A stretch of 60,530 nt of DNA, filler included. It is 3 parts of 3 records of this genome, joined end to end, with 100 filler letters (N's around TTAATTAATTAA, not from the genome) between each part and the next. Parts side by side here need not be neighbours in the genome. Positions count along the whole stretch, not along the records: positions 43,906 to 60,530 come from DRR723986_1760; 2 more parts are not named here. One strand, written 5' to 3'. The position numbers were made by a program, and so were the translations under genes. Position 1 is the first letter of the stretch. Every line of letters starts with the position of its first letter. This document shows, one piece after another, positions 48,502 to 58,167 of this stretch. A model generated the notes under the pieces. The model was not told where the DNA came from. It ran no database searches and worked only from the letters and a program-made list of their open reading frames with translations.

Positions 48502-48543
48502 AAAAAAAAGCCCCCGAAGTCAGGCCGGCTGCGCTTCGAGGGC
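48502..48543 (-). terminator. Terminator after the carboxylate-amine ligase
   Basis: gcccccgaag/cttcgagggc stem plus A8 on the plus strand. Confidence 0.7.
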
Positions 48544-48574
48544 GAATTTGTTAAGCGATTGCGCTGTTAACTTG

Positions 48575-49810
48575 TCAGGAAAGTGAAGAGCGTTTCTCCT
48601 CCAGAGAGTCGGCCGAAGGTTTGTGCAGCTCGGGTAAGAACTGCGAGACATCCTCAATTAAACCGCGGTTGGTTTCCTTGTAAATGTATTCGGCGACGGC
48701 TTGCATGCTGCCCGTTTCTTCAAAAACTTTAAGTTGGCGATCTGCTCCGGTGCCCTGCTCGAGCATCGTGTAGATGTAGTTAATTTCCTTGCGTGAGCCG
48801 AGCTCGTCAACCACGTCGTCCACAAAGTGGAGCAACTCCAGAATCAGGTCGCGCGTGGGGACTTCGGCCTGTTTGCCAAAATCGACCATTTTGCCGTCGA
48901 GGCCATAACGTACTGCGCGCCATTTATTTTCCATGATGAGGCTGGAGCGGTACAGACGGAAGCTCAGGTTTTTCTCGTAAAGCGAGAACAATTTGGCGAT
49001 GATGGCCTGCACGAGAGCGACAATTGCAATGGTTTCATCGATGCGCATCGGGATGTCGCAGATGCGAATTTCGAGTGTGGGGAAGTTGGGATGCGGCCGC
49101 ACGTCCCACCAGATTTTCTTGGCATTATCGATGCAGTTAGTGTGCACGAGCAGGTCCACAAAGCTGGAATATTCTTCCCAGGACCCAAAAAAGTCGGGCA
49201 TGTTGGTGCGCGGAAAACGCTCAAAAATTTTGGAGCGGAAGGACTTGAGGCCTGTGTTGGTGCCTTCCCAAAAGGGCGAGCTGGTGGTTAACGCCAGGAT
49301 GTGCGGCAGGAAGTAGCGCACTTCGTTCATCAGCTGGATTTGTGTTTCGCGGTCTTCGATGCCCACGTGGATGTGCGTTCCAAAAATTAGGAGCGAGCGC
49401 GCCAGGATCTGCAAATCCTTGACGATTGTGTAGTAGCGTTCGTCGGGGTAAATTTCCTGTTCTTCCCAACGCGAGAAGGGGTGCGTGCTGGACGCGCCGA
49501 TCACGAGGCCACTTTGTTTGGCCAGGTGTGCCACGATAGAGCGGATTTTGGTGATTTCAAAACGCGCCTGCGAGATATCCTGGCAGATATCGGTTCCAAT
49601 TTCGAGCATCGAGCCGTGCATTTCCGGCTTGATATTTTCGTGCAGCAAAATCTTCCCACGCGAGAGCAGCTCCAGGTTGACGTGCGATTTTAGTCCATAG
49701 GTTTTGGGATCGAGCACCATGTACTCTTCCTCCACACCCAATGTGAAGCTGGGCCGCCGATGTGGCTGCCGTCCGGAGATGCGATTCATTTTTACGCGTT
49801 TGGGGGTCAT
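48575..49810 (-). CDS. ybdK: Carboxylate-amine ligase YbdK / glutamate-cysteine ligase family 2
   Basis: TLGVEEEY, GTHIHVG, SSPFW, WWDVRPHP and TLEIRICD. Confidence 0.9.
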   Translation of the reverse strand: MTPKRVKMNRISGRQPHRRPSFTLGVEEEYMVLDPKTYGLKSHVNLELLSRGKILLHENIKPEMHGSMLEIGTDICQDISQARFEITKIRSIVAHLAKQSGLVIGASSTHPFSRWEEQEIYPDERYYTIVKDLQILARSLLIFGTHIHVGIEDRETQIQLMNEVRYFLPHILALTTSSPFWEGTNTGLKSFRSKIFERFPRTNMPDFFGSWEEYSSFVDLLVHTNCIDNAKKIWWDVRPHPNFPTLEIRICDIPMRIDETIAIVALVQAIIAKLFSLYEKNLSFRLYRSSLIMENKWRAVRYGLDGKMVDFGKQAEVPTRDLILELLHFVDDVVDELGSRKEINYIYTMLEQGTGADRQLKVFEETGSMQAVAEYIYKETNRGLIEDVSQFLPELHKPSADSLEEKRSSLS

Positions 49811-50547
49811 GCTTATTTCCAGATGGGAGTGTTTCGCGCTGCGATTGTCCGAGCGGGTTGAGCCTGGCGTCCGTAGCCAAAATTGTGCTGCGGCGAATAG
49901 GGCGCAGGAAAATATTGATTATTCGGTGCCGACGCAAGTGGAGTATGCGTTTCCGGGCGATTAGCCACGATTTTAGGGATCTTGGTCGCTTGCCCGGACG
50001 GGCGCTCTTTTTGAACTTCATGGTAGTCTCCGGGCTGGAATGCACAAGTATTTTGGCCGGAATTCTTTTTGTCTTAGAGCTTTTGGGTTGAGGGGCTTTG
50101 GCCTGAGCCACGGTGTCTTGAGACGCGCAACCAGTCTCCGGACCCAAAGACTCTGAGCATCAGATGTGCAGCGAGCAGTTCTGTCACCAAACCCACCACC
50201 CATCGGAGACTGAAGATTTTGATTCTGGGTGGTTTTTTGAGTGAAATCAAGGGTCCCTCCCAGTAAGTTTTTCCCGCCAGCCCACCTGCCTCAGGCAGAA
50301 TTCCAACATCCTCCCAGCCTCTATGCGTCCTGGCTCCGTGAGCCAAGCCTGCAGGGCATAACTGTTGTACAAAAATCTGAATTACGTTCCCGGCCGGGAA
50401 ATGCACGATCGTCTGTTACAAGCATAAGGCCTGCACAAGGGCCGTGCAAGCGGACTCGTGCCACCGTACCGTAGAGTATGACTGAACGGCCGCTAAATCG
50501 CGGTAAACGGCCGTGGGAACAGTGGGTGTTAGATGTGTGGCAGACAC

Positions 50548-50633
50548 AAATGCCGGAAGTTTGGGCGGCGGTGACTAACAAAAAGAAACAGCAAGCTACC
50601 GCAGGGAGCGAAGTGCTCAAGGCCTCAAGTCAA
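50548..50633. repeat. Dispersed intergenic element, copy 1
   Basis: Core agcaagctaccgcagggagcgaagtgctc (50590-618) matches 57904-932 at 27/29, with ungapped similarity upstream and a shared caagtcaa downstream. Confidence 0.7.
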
Positions 50634-50706
50634 GAGATTTCCTATGGTTGTGGGAAACTTGCGATCGGGGACGGGATGATAGATTTGTAGCTCTGTAAAA
50701 GTGAGC

Positions 50707-50743
50707 AAAAAAAAGCCATCCAGATATGCTCCGGACGGCCTTT
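50707..50743 (-). terminator. Terminator after nuoI
   Basis: A8 followed by gccatcc/ggacggc stem. Confidence 0.65.
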
Positions 50744-50770
50744 AAGTTTAAATATGCTCAGATCAACTGA

Positions 50771-51289
50771 TTAGCTGTCGAGCGGCTCGTAGTACTGATG
50801 GCGGCGCAGATATTCGAGGCGTTCCTGCAGCTGCGCAACCGGAATCAGGAGCTTGTCTTTGCCCAGGATACCTTCCTCACGACTCTCAAACACCATCTCG
50901 TAATCCTTGCTCATTACGATCGCTTCTTCGGGGCAGACTTCCTCACAGAAGCCGCAGAAGATGCAGCGCAACATGTTGATTTCGAATTTTACGGGATAAC
51001 GTTCCTTGACGCGCTCGGTTTCGTCGGCCTGGACCTCAATAGCAATCGCGGGGCAGACACGTGAGCAGAGGCCACAAGCCACACAGCGCTCACCATGTTC
51101 TTCCTGTACAAGCACAGGGCGGCCGCGGTAGAAGCCACCCGGCTCATAAACCTCTTCGGGATATTCGCGCGTCATGTTGGGCGCGACCATCGCCTTGAGT
51201 GTTTCGCCAAGACCCTTGACAATCTCTGGGAGGTAAATTTTATCCCAGAACGACAAGCGTTGAGATTGGGTGTTTTCAGTGACGTTCAT
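50771..51289 (-). CDS. nuoI: NADH-quinone oxidoreductase subunit I
   Basis: CVACGLCSRVCP and CIFCGFCEEVCP. Confidence 0.95.
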   Translation of the reverse strand: MNVTENTQSQRLSFWDKIYLPEIVKGLGETLKAMVAPNMTREYPEEVYEPGGFYRGRPVLVQEEHGERCVACGLCSRVCPAIAIEVQADETERVKERYPVKFEINMLRCIFCGFCEEVCPEEAIVMSKDYEMVFESREEGILGKDKLLIPVAQLQERLEYLRRHQYYEPLDS

Positions 51290-51337
51290 GAGAGAATCCT
51301 TTCAGATACGAACGATAAGCACTTTCTGCTTGCGCAA

Positions 51338-52402
51338 TTATACGAACAACATCACAAGACCGGTGACCAGGATATTGACGAGTGCCAGCGGCAGGAGAAC
51401 TTTCCAGCCGAGGTTCATCAATTGATCGTAACGGAAGCGTGGAATTGACCAGCGCACCCAGATATACAAGAAGAGGAAGAAGGCGATTTTTGCCGTAAAT
51501 GTTCCGATTTGCAACAGAGCCAGGCCAATTTCACCAGGACCAAAGAATGTCAGCCCCATCTGATTCACCAGGAAGTCGGGCAGGAATGGCACGTGCCAGC
51601 CACCGAAATACAGGGTCGAGATGATAGCTGCAGAAGCGATCATGGCGGCGTATTCAGCCAGGAAAAAGATACCGAACTTCATCCCGGAATACTCGGTGTG
51701 GTAACCACCCACAATCTCCGGTTCCGCCTCTGGAAGGTCAAATGGCGCGCGATTTGTCTCAGCGTACGATGCGACCAGGAAGATCACAAAACCGACGGGC
51801 TGATAGAGGATGTTCCATCCATTTTTAGCCTGGTCCAAGACAATCTCGTTGATATTCAGTGAGCTGGAGATCATGACTACGGCCACAAGTGCCAGGCCAA
51901 GCGCCAGTTCGTAGGAAATCATCTGTGATGCCGAGCGCAAGCCACCCAGAAGTGAGTACTTGCTGTTGGAGGCCCAGCCGGCCAGCGTCAATCCATACAC
52001 TCCCACGGACGTAAGTGCCAGGAAGAGCAGGATACCAACGTTGGTGTTGGGAGAGACGCCCAGGTAAATCGTTTCTTCGCCAATGACCACGTAGTGACCA
52101 AAGGGAATGATCGCGAAAGTTGAGATGGCAATTGTAATCGTGAGAAGCGGCGCCAGGAAGTGAAAGGTCTTGTTGGCCGCAGCCGGAACAAGGTCTTCCT
52201 TCAGGAGCAGCTTGACCACGTCGGCAATCGGCTGTAGAAGGCCAAACGGTCCAACGCGGTTTGGTCCAACCCGGTAATGAATCCAGGCGGAAATCTTGCG
52301 TTCAAAATAGACACAGGCGGATGCGCCGGGAAGCACAACACCAAAGAGGAGGACCACCGTCTTGATAAGGGCCAGGATCGGCTCACTCAACAGAATGCTC
52401 AT
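51338..52402 (-). CDS. nuoH: NADH-quinone oxidoreductase subunit H
   Basis: ERKISA..R.GPNRVGP, AQMISYE-like SQMISYE, ETNRAPFDLPEAE and PRFRYDQLM. Confidence 0.96.
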   Translation of the reverse strand: MSILLSEPILALIKTVVLLFGVVLPGASACVYFERKISAWIHYRVGPNRVGPFGLLQPIADVVKLLLKEDLVPAAANKTFHFLAPLLTITIAISTFAIIPFGHYVVIGEETIYLGVSPNTNVGILLFLALTSVGVYGLTLAGWASNSKYSLLGGLRSASQMISYELALGLALVAVVMISSSLNINEIVLDQAKNGWNILYQPVGFVIFLVASYAETNRAPFDLPEAEPEIVGGYHTEYSGMKFGIFFLAEYAAMIASAAIISTLYFGGWHVPFLPDFLVNQMGLTFFGPGEIGLALLQIGTFTAKIAFFLFLYIWVRWSIPRFRYDQLMNLGWKVLLPLALVNILVTGLVMLFV

Positions 52403-52454
52403 CGCGCGGAATTCCGGGATTCAGATTGATGAAGTCGGCTTGCTTATGCGCCGC

Positions 52455-54224
52455 TCAATTCGGTTTTAATTCATGCGAATCGTACTCAAGACGCACGGGG
52501 TCTGGCGACGCACCTTTGCCGAGAACGATGCCGCGATGCTGCTTGAGGTTAGCATATGTCATCGCGGAGAAATCTTTGACCTTGCCGGCCATGTCGTCAA
52601 ACACCTGCTCAGCGCGCTTGAAGCCGAAGTCCGTGCCCATGGCTTGCGCCAGTTGGCTGATCGGCATCCAGCTGGGGCGGCAGTTGCGGCGTTCGCCATG
52701 TGTCCAGCGGTCGTTAAACGCGCCAAATTTGTCCAGGCGGCTCATTTTCATGCCCATGTGGCGCTCGTTTTCGGCGGTGACAATCACCGGCGCTACGTGC
52801 TGTACACGGCCTTCAAAGTTTGTGTAGCTGCCTTCCAGTTCGGCATAGGTCGAAGTCGAAAAGACGATGTCGGCCTTAGCAGTCAGCGCATTGTGGTTGG
52901 AGGCGTGCACAATCAGGAGCCCCAGCTTGTCGCAGGCGGCCAGCAGATCGGCAGGCCAGTTGGCCACATTGTCTTCCAGCGCATACACGGCCTTGATGGC
53001 GCCCGCGCTAATTTTCTCGGCCAGCTGGCCAATCTTGACGCCATTGCCACTCAGTCCAAGCGTGTCGGCACCCTTGGAGTTAGGTGAGCGGTCATTGCGG
53101 CGCAGCTTGTTATCGCCAAAGCTGTCGTCGATGTGGCGCACATAGTCAATATTATTAGTGCTGAGGACTTCGGAGGCGAAACGTTTGAGGGCATGGTTGG
53201 CTTCATTGGTGGCATGTGCCGAGCCGAGGACCATGATTTCGCTGCCTTTGTAGCCGCCGAGCATTTTGGCAGCGGCTTTGGTGGCGTCCTGCCACTCAAC
53301 TTCGCCGGCGGAGCCATTGGTTTTGACGAGGCATTTGTCGATGCGTTCTTCGTTGACCCACTTGTATTGTGTCAGTCGGCCGGTATCACACATCCAGTAT
53401 TCATTGACTGCGGCATTGGCACGCGGCTCAAGGCGCATGATTTCGTTGTTGCGCACACCAACCTGCATATTACAGCCGCGTGAGCAGCCGTTGCAGACCG
53501 AGTCGTTAAAACTCATGTCCCACACGCGTGCTTTAAAGCGGAAGTCTGGGCTCGTTAATGCACCAACCGGGCAAATCTCAATGACATTCATTGAGTATTC
53601 ACTGTCGAACTGTTTGCCTGGGAATGTTTCGATCGTAACGTGATCACCGCGCTGCACAAAGGAGAGGCGTGGCTGCTCAGCATATTCGTCCGCAAAGCGG
53701 ATGCAGCGTGAGCAGGAGATGCAGCGTTCTGCGTCAAACAGGACATTCGGGCCGAGTGGACGGCGCTTGTCCTTGTGATTTTTGGTTTCCAGGAAGCGGC
53801 TTTCGCCTTTTGAGTGGCGCAGGCCATACTCCTGCAGCTTGCACTGGCCGGCTTCGTCGCAGATGGGGCAGTCAAGTGGGTGGTTGATCAGCAGGAATTC
53901 CATAATGGCTTCCTGCGCTTCAACGACGTGTTCGTCTACCATGCGGACGTGCATGCCGTCCTGCACCGGCGTGGCACACGCGATTTGCAGTTTGGGGAAG
54001 TAGCCGATAACGGGGTTGCCGTCTTCGTCGGTTTCCGGCGTGCCGTCACGGCCGCGCTTGGGCATACCAACGTCCACCAGACACATACGGCAGTTACCGG
54101 CAACACTGAGGCCGGGGTGCCAGCAAAAGTGTGGGATGGTAATGCCGGCGTCGAGTGCCGCCTCGATAATCGTTTGACCATCTTTGGCTTCGATCAACTT
54201 GCCGTCAAAGGTAATCGTGGGCAT
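52455..54224 (-). CDS. nuoG: NADH-quinone oxidoreductase subunit G
   Basis: IPHFCWHP, GNCRMCLV, NHPLDCPICDEAGQCKLQ, CISCSRC and CNGCSRGC. GGAGAG RBS before MPTITF. Confidence 0.93.
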   Translation of the reverse strand: MPTITFDGKLIEAKDGQTIIEAALDAGITIPHFCWHPGLSVAGNCRMCLVDVGMPKRGRDGTPETDEDGNPVIGYFPKLQIACATPVQDGMHVRMVDEHVVEAQEAIMEFLLINHPLDCPICDEAGQCKLQEYGLRHSKGESRFLETKNHKDKRRPLGPNVLFDAERCISCSRCIRFADEYAEQPRLSFVQRGDHVTIETFPGKQFDSEYSMNVIEICPVGALTSPDFRFKARVWDMSFNDSVCNGCSRGCNMQVGVRNNEIMRLEPRANAAVNEYWMCDTGRLTQYKWVNEERIDKCLVKTNGSAGEVEWQDATKAAAKMLGGYKGSEIMVLGSAHATNEANHALKRFASEVLSTNNIDYVRHIDDSFGDNKLRRNDRSPNSKGADTLGLSGNGVKIGQLAEKISAGAIKAVYALEDNVANWPADLLAACDKLGLLIVHASNHNALTAKADIVFSTSTYAELEGSYTNFEGRVQHVAPVIVTAENERHMGMKMSRLDKFGAFNDRWTHGERRNCRPSWMPISQLAQAMGTDFGFKRAEQVFDDMAGKVKDFSAMTYANLKQHRGIVLGKGASPDPVRLEYDSHELKPN

Positions 54225-54552
54225 CCTTAGCTCTCCGTTCCTGCAATTAAGATAGGCCGACAGTCTGGACGTGCTGCCGCGCGGCTGGAAATACACCCGC
54301 GGTAAGAAGTCAGATATGCACTACATGCTGCAACTAATAGACGAATTCCGTGAGGGTTCGCCAAAAGGAGTGCCAATATACGAAAATCTGCAACCAAGGC
54401 GGGTTGAAGAGTCCACAGAAATTGAGCAGACACGTAATTAATTGGTCATTCCCTGCCGTAATCTGCGATTGTGTGTTGCGGCAGTGACTGTGCCACGCCG
54501 TTGGACCGCAGTCCGGACTGCACTTTTAGCCCTAAACGGGCCGCCACAAAAC

Positions 54553-54583
54553 AAAAAAAGCCGTTCAAATTGCTCTGAACGGC
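54553..54583 (-). terminator. Terminator after rpmA
   Basis: A7 followed by gccgttca/tgaacggc stem. Confidence 0.8.
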
Positions 54584-54622
54584 GTAGCAGATTTTCTGGT
54601 CGTTGTTCGACGCTTGCGCTGG

Positions 54623-54892
54623 TTATTGCGCGACAGTTTCAGCTTCGTATACAGATACGAGGCGGCTGATTTTGCCTTTGGATTCGAACTTGACGTGACC
54701 ATCAATAATTGCAAACAGGGTGTCGTCGCCACCGCGTTTTACATTATTGCCTGGGTGGAACTTCGTTCCTTTTTGGCGCACGATAATGCTGCCGGCTGTC
54801 ACGAACTCACCGCCAAAACGTTTGACGCCGAGTCGCTTGGAATTGGAATCGCGGCCGTTCTTGGTAGAGCCGCCACCTTTTTTATGTGCCAT
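54623..54892 (-). CDS. rpmA: 50S ribosomal protein L27
   Basis: [24 protein letters not shown]. Confidence 0.98.
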   Translation of the reverse strand: MAHKKGGGSTKNGRDSNSKRLGVKRFGGEFVTAGSIIVRQKGTKFHPGNNVKRGGDDTLFAIIDGHVKFESKGKISRLVSVYEAETVAQ

Positions 54893-54961
54893 GACGCTAT
54901 AACTCCGATTTGGATGAAGCGCACTCTTCCGGAATATCTGTACCGGTAGGTGCTTCTACGC

Positions 54962-55279
54962 TCAGCCCAGGTTGATATCGCCGATTTCCACTTGCGTGAA
55001 ATCCTGACGATGACCGTTCTTTTTACGGTAACCTTTGCGGCGCTTCTTCTTGAATACAATTATTTTGCCGCCGCGGTCATGACTGACAATTTTGGCGGAC
55101 ACAGAACCTTCAACGTACGGCGCACCCAGTGTGAGCTTGCCGTCGCTGTCAACTGCCAGAATGCGAACTTGGTCGGAAGCAACGGAATCACCTTCGTTAC
55201 CCTCTAGGCGGGGTACAGTGATAACATCGTCTTTCGCTACGCGGTACTGACAGCCTGCGATTTCAATGATTGCGTACAT
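54962..55279 (-). CDS. rplU: 50S ribosomal protein L21
   Basis: MYAIIEIAG.QY.V and FKKKRRKGYRKKNGHRQ. Confidence 0.97.
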   Translation of the reverse strand: MYAIIEIAGCQYRVAKDDVITVPRLEGNEGDSVASDQVRILAVDSDGKLTLGAPYVEGSVSAKIVSHDRGGKIIVFKKKRRKGYRKKNGHRQDFTQVEIGDINLG

Positions 55280-55681
55280 CGTTGATGTAATTCCCTACGG
55301 AAGAACCGTCTGTTTTATGAAAACGAGAGAAAGTTTTTAAGATACGACTTTGCGCCGTAACCATCAAATAGTTTTTCTCGATTATGCCTTTGCGGGAACG
55401 TTGTGACGAAGACCTGGCTGCGAGATTTTACATTTTTACGTTCAGGCCAAAATTTTCTTGGGCCAAACTTTTTTGGCGTTTGTGCGTTTTTGAAGTCCGG
55501 CTGAGACGCCGGGGGTAAAAATTTGTCTATTGACTACTACAGTTTGAAACCATACAATTGTAGGTGGTGTTGATACGCATTGTAACGATGTATGTCATAT
55601 AGACGTCATATTATCTGGAACTCCTGTCCGCATGCTCGCGCGCTACAGGCTGCATGCCAATCATCTTCCAGGGAAGTGATT

Positions 55682-56443
55682 ATGAAACTTCTACGCTCGG
55701 ATTCTCCACGTTCTGCCCTGCTGCCGGCGCCAACGCTCCTGCTGGGACTGTTTGCCTGCCTGCTGTTTGGCGTGAATGTTTTTGCGCAGACGACGGGTGA
55801 CGCACCTGGAGACTTGCCCTTGGACCCGGCCGATACTGATACAGTCATGGTTTTTACCTCACCGCGACCACTGCTTGAGGACGGCGACCCGAATGCTGAA
55901 AAGTTGGATGCCTGGGGATTTGACATTCTCTTCTCACAGAACGGCTTTGGTTTTGGTGGTTTCTATCGCCGCGAATTCAGTCGCGACTTCTTTGGGTTCC
56001 TGCACCTGGGTGCCTCCGGCGCCAAGAATACCGACGAGCTGGACCAGTTTGACAATGAGCGCGGACTGTTTGTGCCCGACAAGGTCAATCGCCTGTTTAT
56101 GTTCCCGACTACCATTGGTTTGGAGCGCCGCCTGTTTGCCGAAGACCTGAGCAATTCTTTCCGGCCCTATGTCCAGGGTGGCGTTGGTACCGCACTGATA
56201 ATTGCCACGCCCTACGAAAAGAGTTTCTTCCCTGCGATTGGTGATGCCAAGTTCTTTTTCCGTCCGAGCGGATTTGTCGGTTTTGGCGCCTATGTCGGCG
56301 AATCCAAGTCGAGCCTGACAGCTGTTAACATTCGCTACTATTATATCCCATTCGGTGGTGAAGGCATTGAAAGTGTTCGCGGATTTCCGCTCACAAATTT
56401 TGGTGGAATATTTCTCTCGCTTAGCGTGGCGATGCTGAATTGA
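55682..56443 (+). CDS. Hypothetical exported protein, probable outer-membrane beta-barrel
   Basis: Signal peptide ending VFA; alternating aromatic/Gly strands (FRPYVQGGVG). Confidence 0.7.
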   Translation: MKLLRSDSPRSALLPAPTLLLGLFACLLFGVNVFAQTTGDAPGDLPLDPADTDTVMVFTSPRPLLEDGDPNAEKLDAWGFDILFSQNGFGFGGFYRREFSRDFFGFLHLGASGAKNTDELDQFDNERGLFVPDKVNRLFMFPTTIGLERRLFAEDLSNSFRPYVQGGVGTALIIATPYEKSFFPAIGDAKFFFRPSGFVGFGAYVGESKSSLTAVNIRYYYIPFGGEGIESVRGFPLTNFGGIFLSLSVAMLN

Positions 56444-56533
56444 TGTTAAATTAGGCCCAGTACCGCAAGGCCGTGGCCTCTGCGGCTGTACTACTGCCAA
56501 ATTGTAGTTTTACTTCTGCTGGGGTTTGCTAAC

Positions 56534-57706
56534 GTGAGAAATGAAAAGATTGTCTGCGGAATAATGTCGGGCACATCCCAGGATGGCATCGACGTTGCAA
56601 TTTGCCGAGTAGGGCAGGACGAGCATTCTTCTGCTGAAAACATTGAACTGCTCCGGTTTGAAACCGCTCCCTACGGCGATGAGCTTTCGCAGCTGCTGCG
56701 TTCCGTGATTGCCGATCACAATTCTGTTTCCCTGGCGGATCTGACCTACTTAAACACGCACCTGGCCTACGCATTTGCTTCCGCAATCAATAGCGTGCAG
56801 ATGCATCATGGCCCAATAAAAATTGATGTAGTCGCCAGCCACGGGCATACCGTCTGGCACGCTCCCAAACAACGCCGTATCGATCATGCCAAAGCTGGTG
56901 CGACTTTACAGTTGGGATGCCCCTCCACCTTAACACAATTGTTGCGAACTCCCGTAGTAGCCGATTTTCGTGCTGCCGATGTAGCTCTGGGTGGCCAGGG
57001 CGCGCCGCTGGTTCCCAGGTTTGATCTGGCCTTTCTGCGTCAGCCTGATGTAGACGTCTGTGCGCTTAACATTGGCGGGATTGCGAACTGTACAATCATG
57101 CCTGCCGGCGCGTCAGATAAAGGTGTTAAAGCTTTTGATACCGGGCCGGGCAACGTCTTAATCGATCTGGCTGCACGGCGTTCCTTTGGCATGCGTTATG
57201 ACGACAATGGCAAGTTGGCCAAAGCCGGTACACTTGCACCGCAGCTGTTTAACGCACTTAAACAGGAGCCTTACATAGCCGCCAAACCGCCCAAGTCCAC
57301 CGGCCGCGAATTGTTTAACAACGACTATCTGGAAGGGATTCTGCAAAGCTCATGGCAGGAGGCGCGTCCGGCAGAAGATTTGCTGCATACCTTAACGCGT
57401 TTTACGGCCTGGAGCATCGCGGAGAACCTGCGAAATTTTGGCAATCCGGCAGCGCGAATTGTGGTTTCCGGGGGTGGAGCGCACAACAGTGCTTTAGTTA
57501 GCATGCTGGCCGACGAGTTAACACAGGCGCAAATTATTACAAGCAATTTAATGGGGGTTGACCCTGACGCCAAGGAAGCCATGTGTTTTGCCTACCTGGG
57601 CTGGCGTACGTTGCACAACTTGCCTGGCAACGTTCCGGCGGTAACGGGTGCTGCTGCTCCGGTCATTCTGGGTGGCGTTTACGGCGAGTGGCATCGCGAA
57701 GGTTGA
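56534..57706 (+). CDS. anmK: Anhydro-N-acetylmuramic acid kinase
   Basis: GIMSGTSQDGID, SHGHT, GGQGAPLVP, NIGGIAN, FDTGPGN and PPKSTGRE. Confidence 0.95.
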   Translation: MRNEKIVCGIMSGTSQDGIDVAICRVGQDEHSSAENIELLRFETAPYGDELSQLLRSVIADHNSVSLADLTYLNTHLAYAFASAINSVQMHHGPIKIDVVASHGHTVWHAPKQRRIDHAKAGATLQLGCPSTLTQLLRTPVVADFRAADVALGGQGAPLVPRFDLAFLRQPDVDVCALNIGGIANCTIMPAGASDKGVKAFDTGPGNVLIDLAARRSFGMRYDDNGKLAKAGTLAPQLFNALKQEPYIAAKPPKSTGRELFNNDYLEGILQSSWQEARPAEDLLHTLTRFTAWSIAENLRNFGNPAARIVVSGGGAHNSALVSMLADELTQAQIITSNLMGVDPDAKEAMCFAYLGWRTLHNLPGNVPAVTGAAAPVILGGVYGEWHREG

Positions 57707-57861
57707 TCGCCCTGTATTAACACATTTTGCTTGATCGCTTTGAGCTCCCACCTACGGTTTCGCTCAGGCTTTTTTGAAACTTTGTTTGCCCTTGAGTATC
57801 ACACTGTAATCCGTCAAGCCTGCTCAAATTGATTGAGCCTCAGATGCTTGAGTACTATCTT

Positions 57862-57951
57862 AACTGCTGCAAGTTTCGCGCTCAGAGACAAGCATAAAAA
57901 AGGAGCAAGCTACCGCAGGGAGCAAAGCGCTCTTAACCCGGTCCAAGTCAA
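57862..57951. repeat. Dispersed intergenic element, copy 2
   Basis: Core agcaagctaccgcagggagcaaagcgctc (57904-932) and caagtcaa (57944-51). Confidence 0.7.
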
Positions 57952-58167
57952 TTGCCTTTCCACATATTGTGCCGCCGCTACCCAATTGCAAATGCGCTGC
58001 CGGATCAATGTAAACATTTGCCGCGCGTTTGTTTTTCTTGCCCTTAAGTTGGCCGAGCATACCCAACAGCACTACACATCTTTCTGTACAGGGATGTGTC
58101 TGTTGAAATTACCTTATTGCCCTTTTCTAAAAAACTGTTCTACAACAACTCCGTGAATGGGTGCCTT

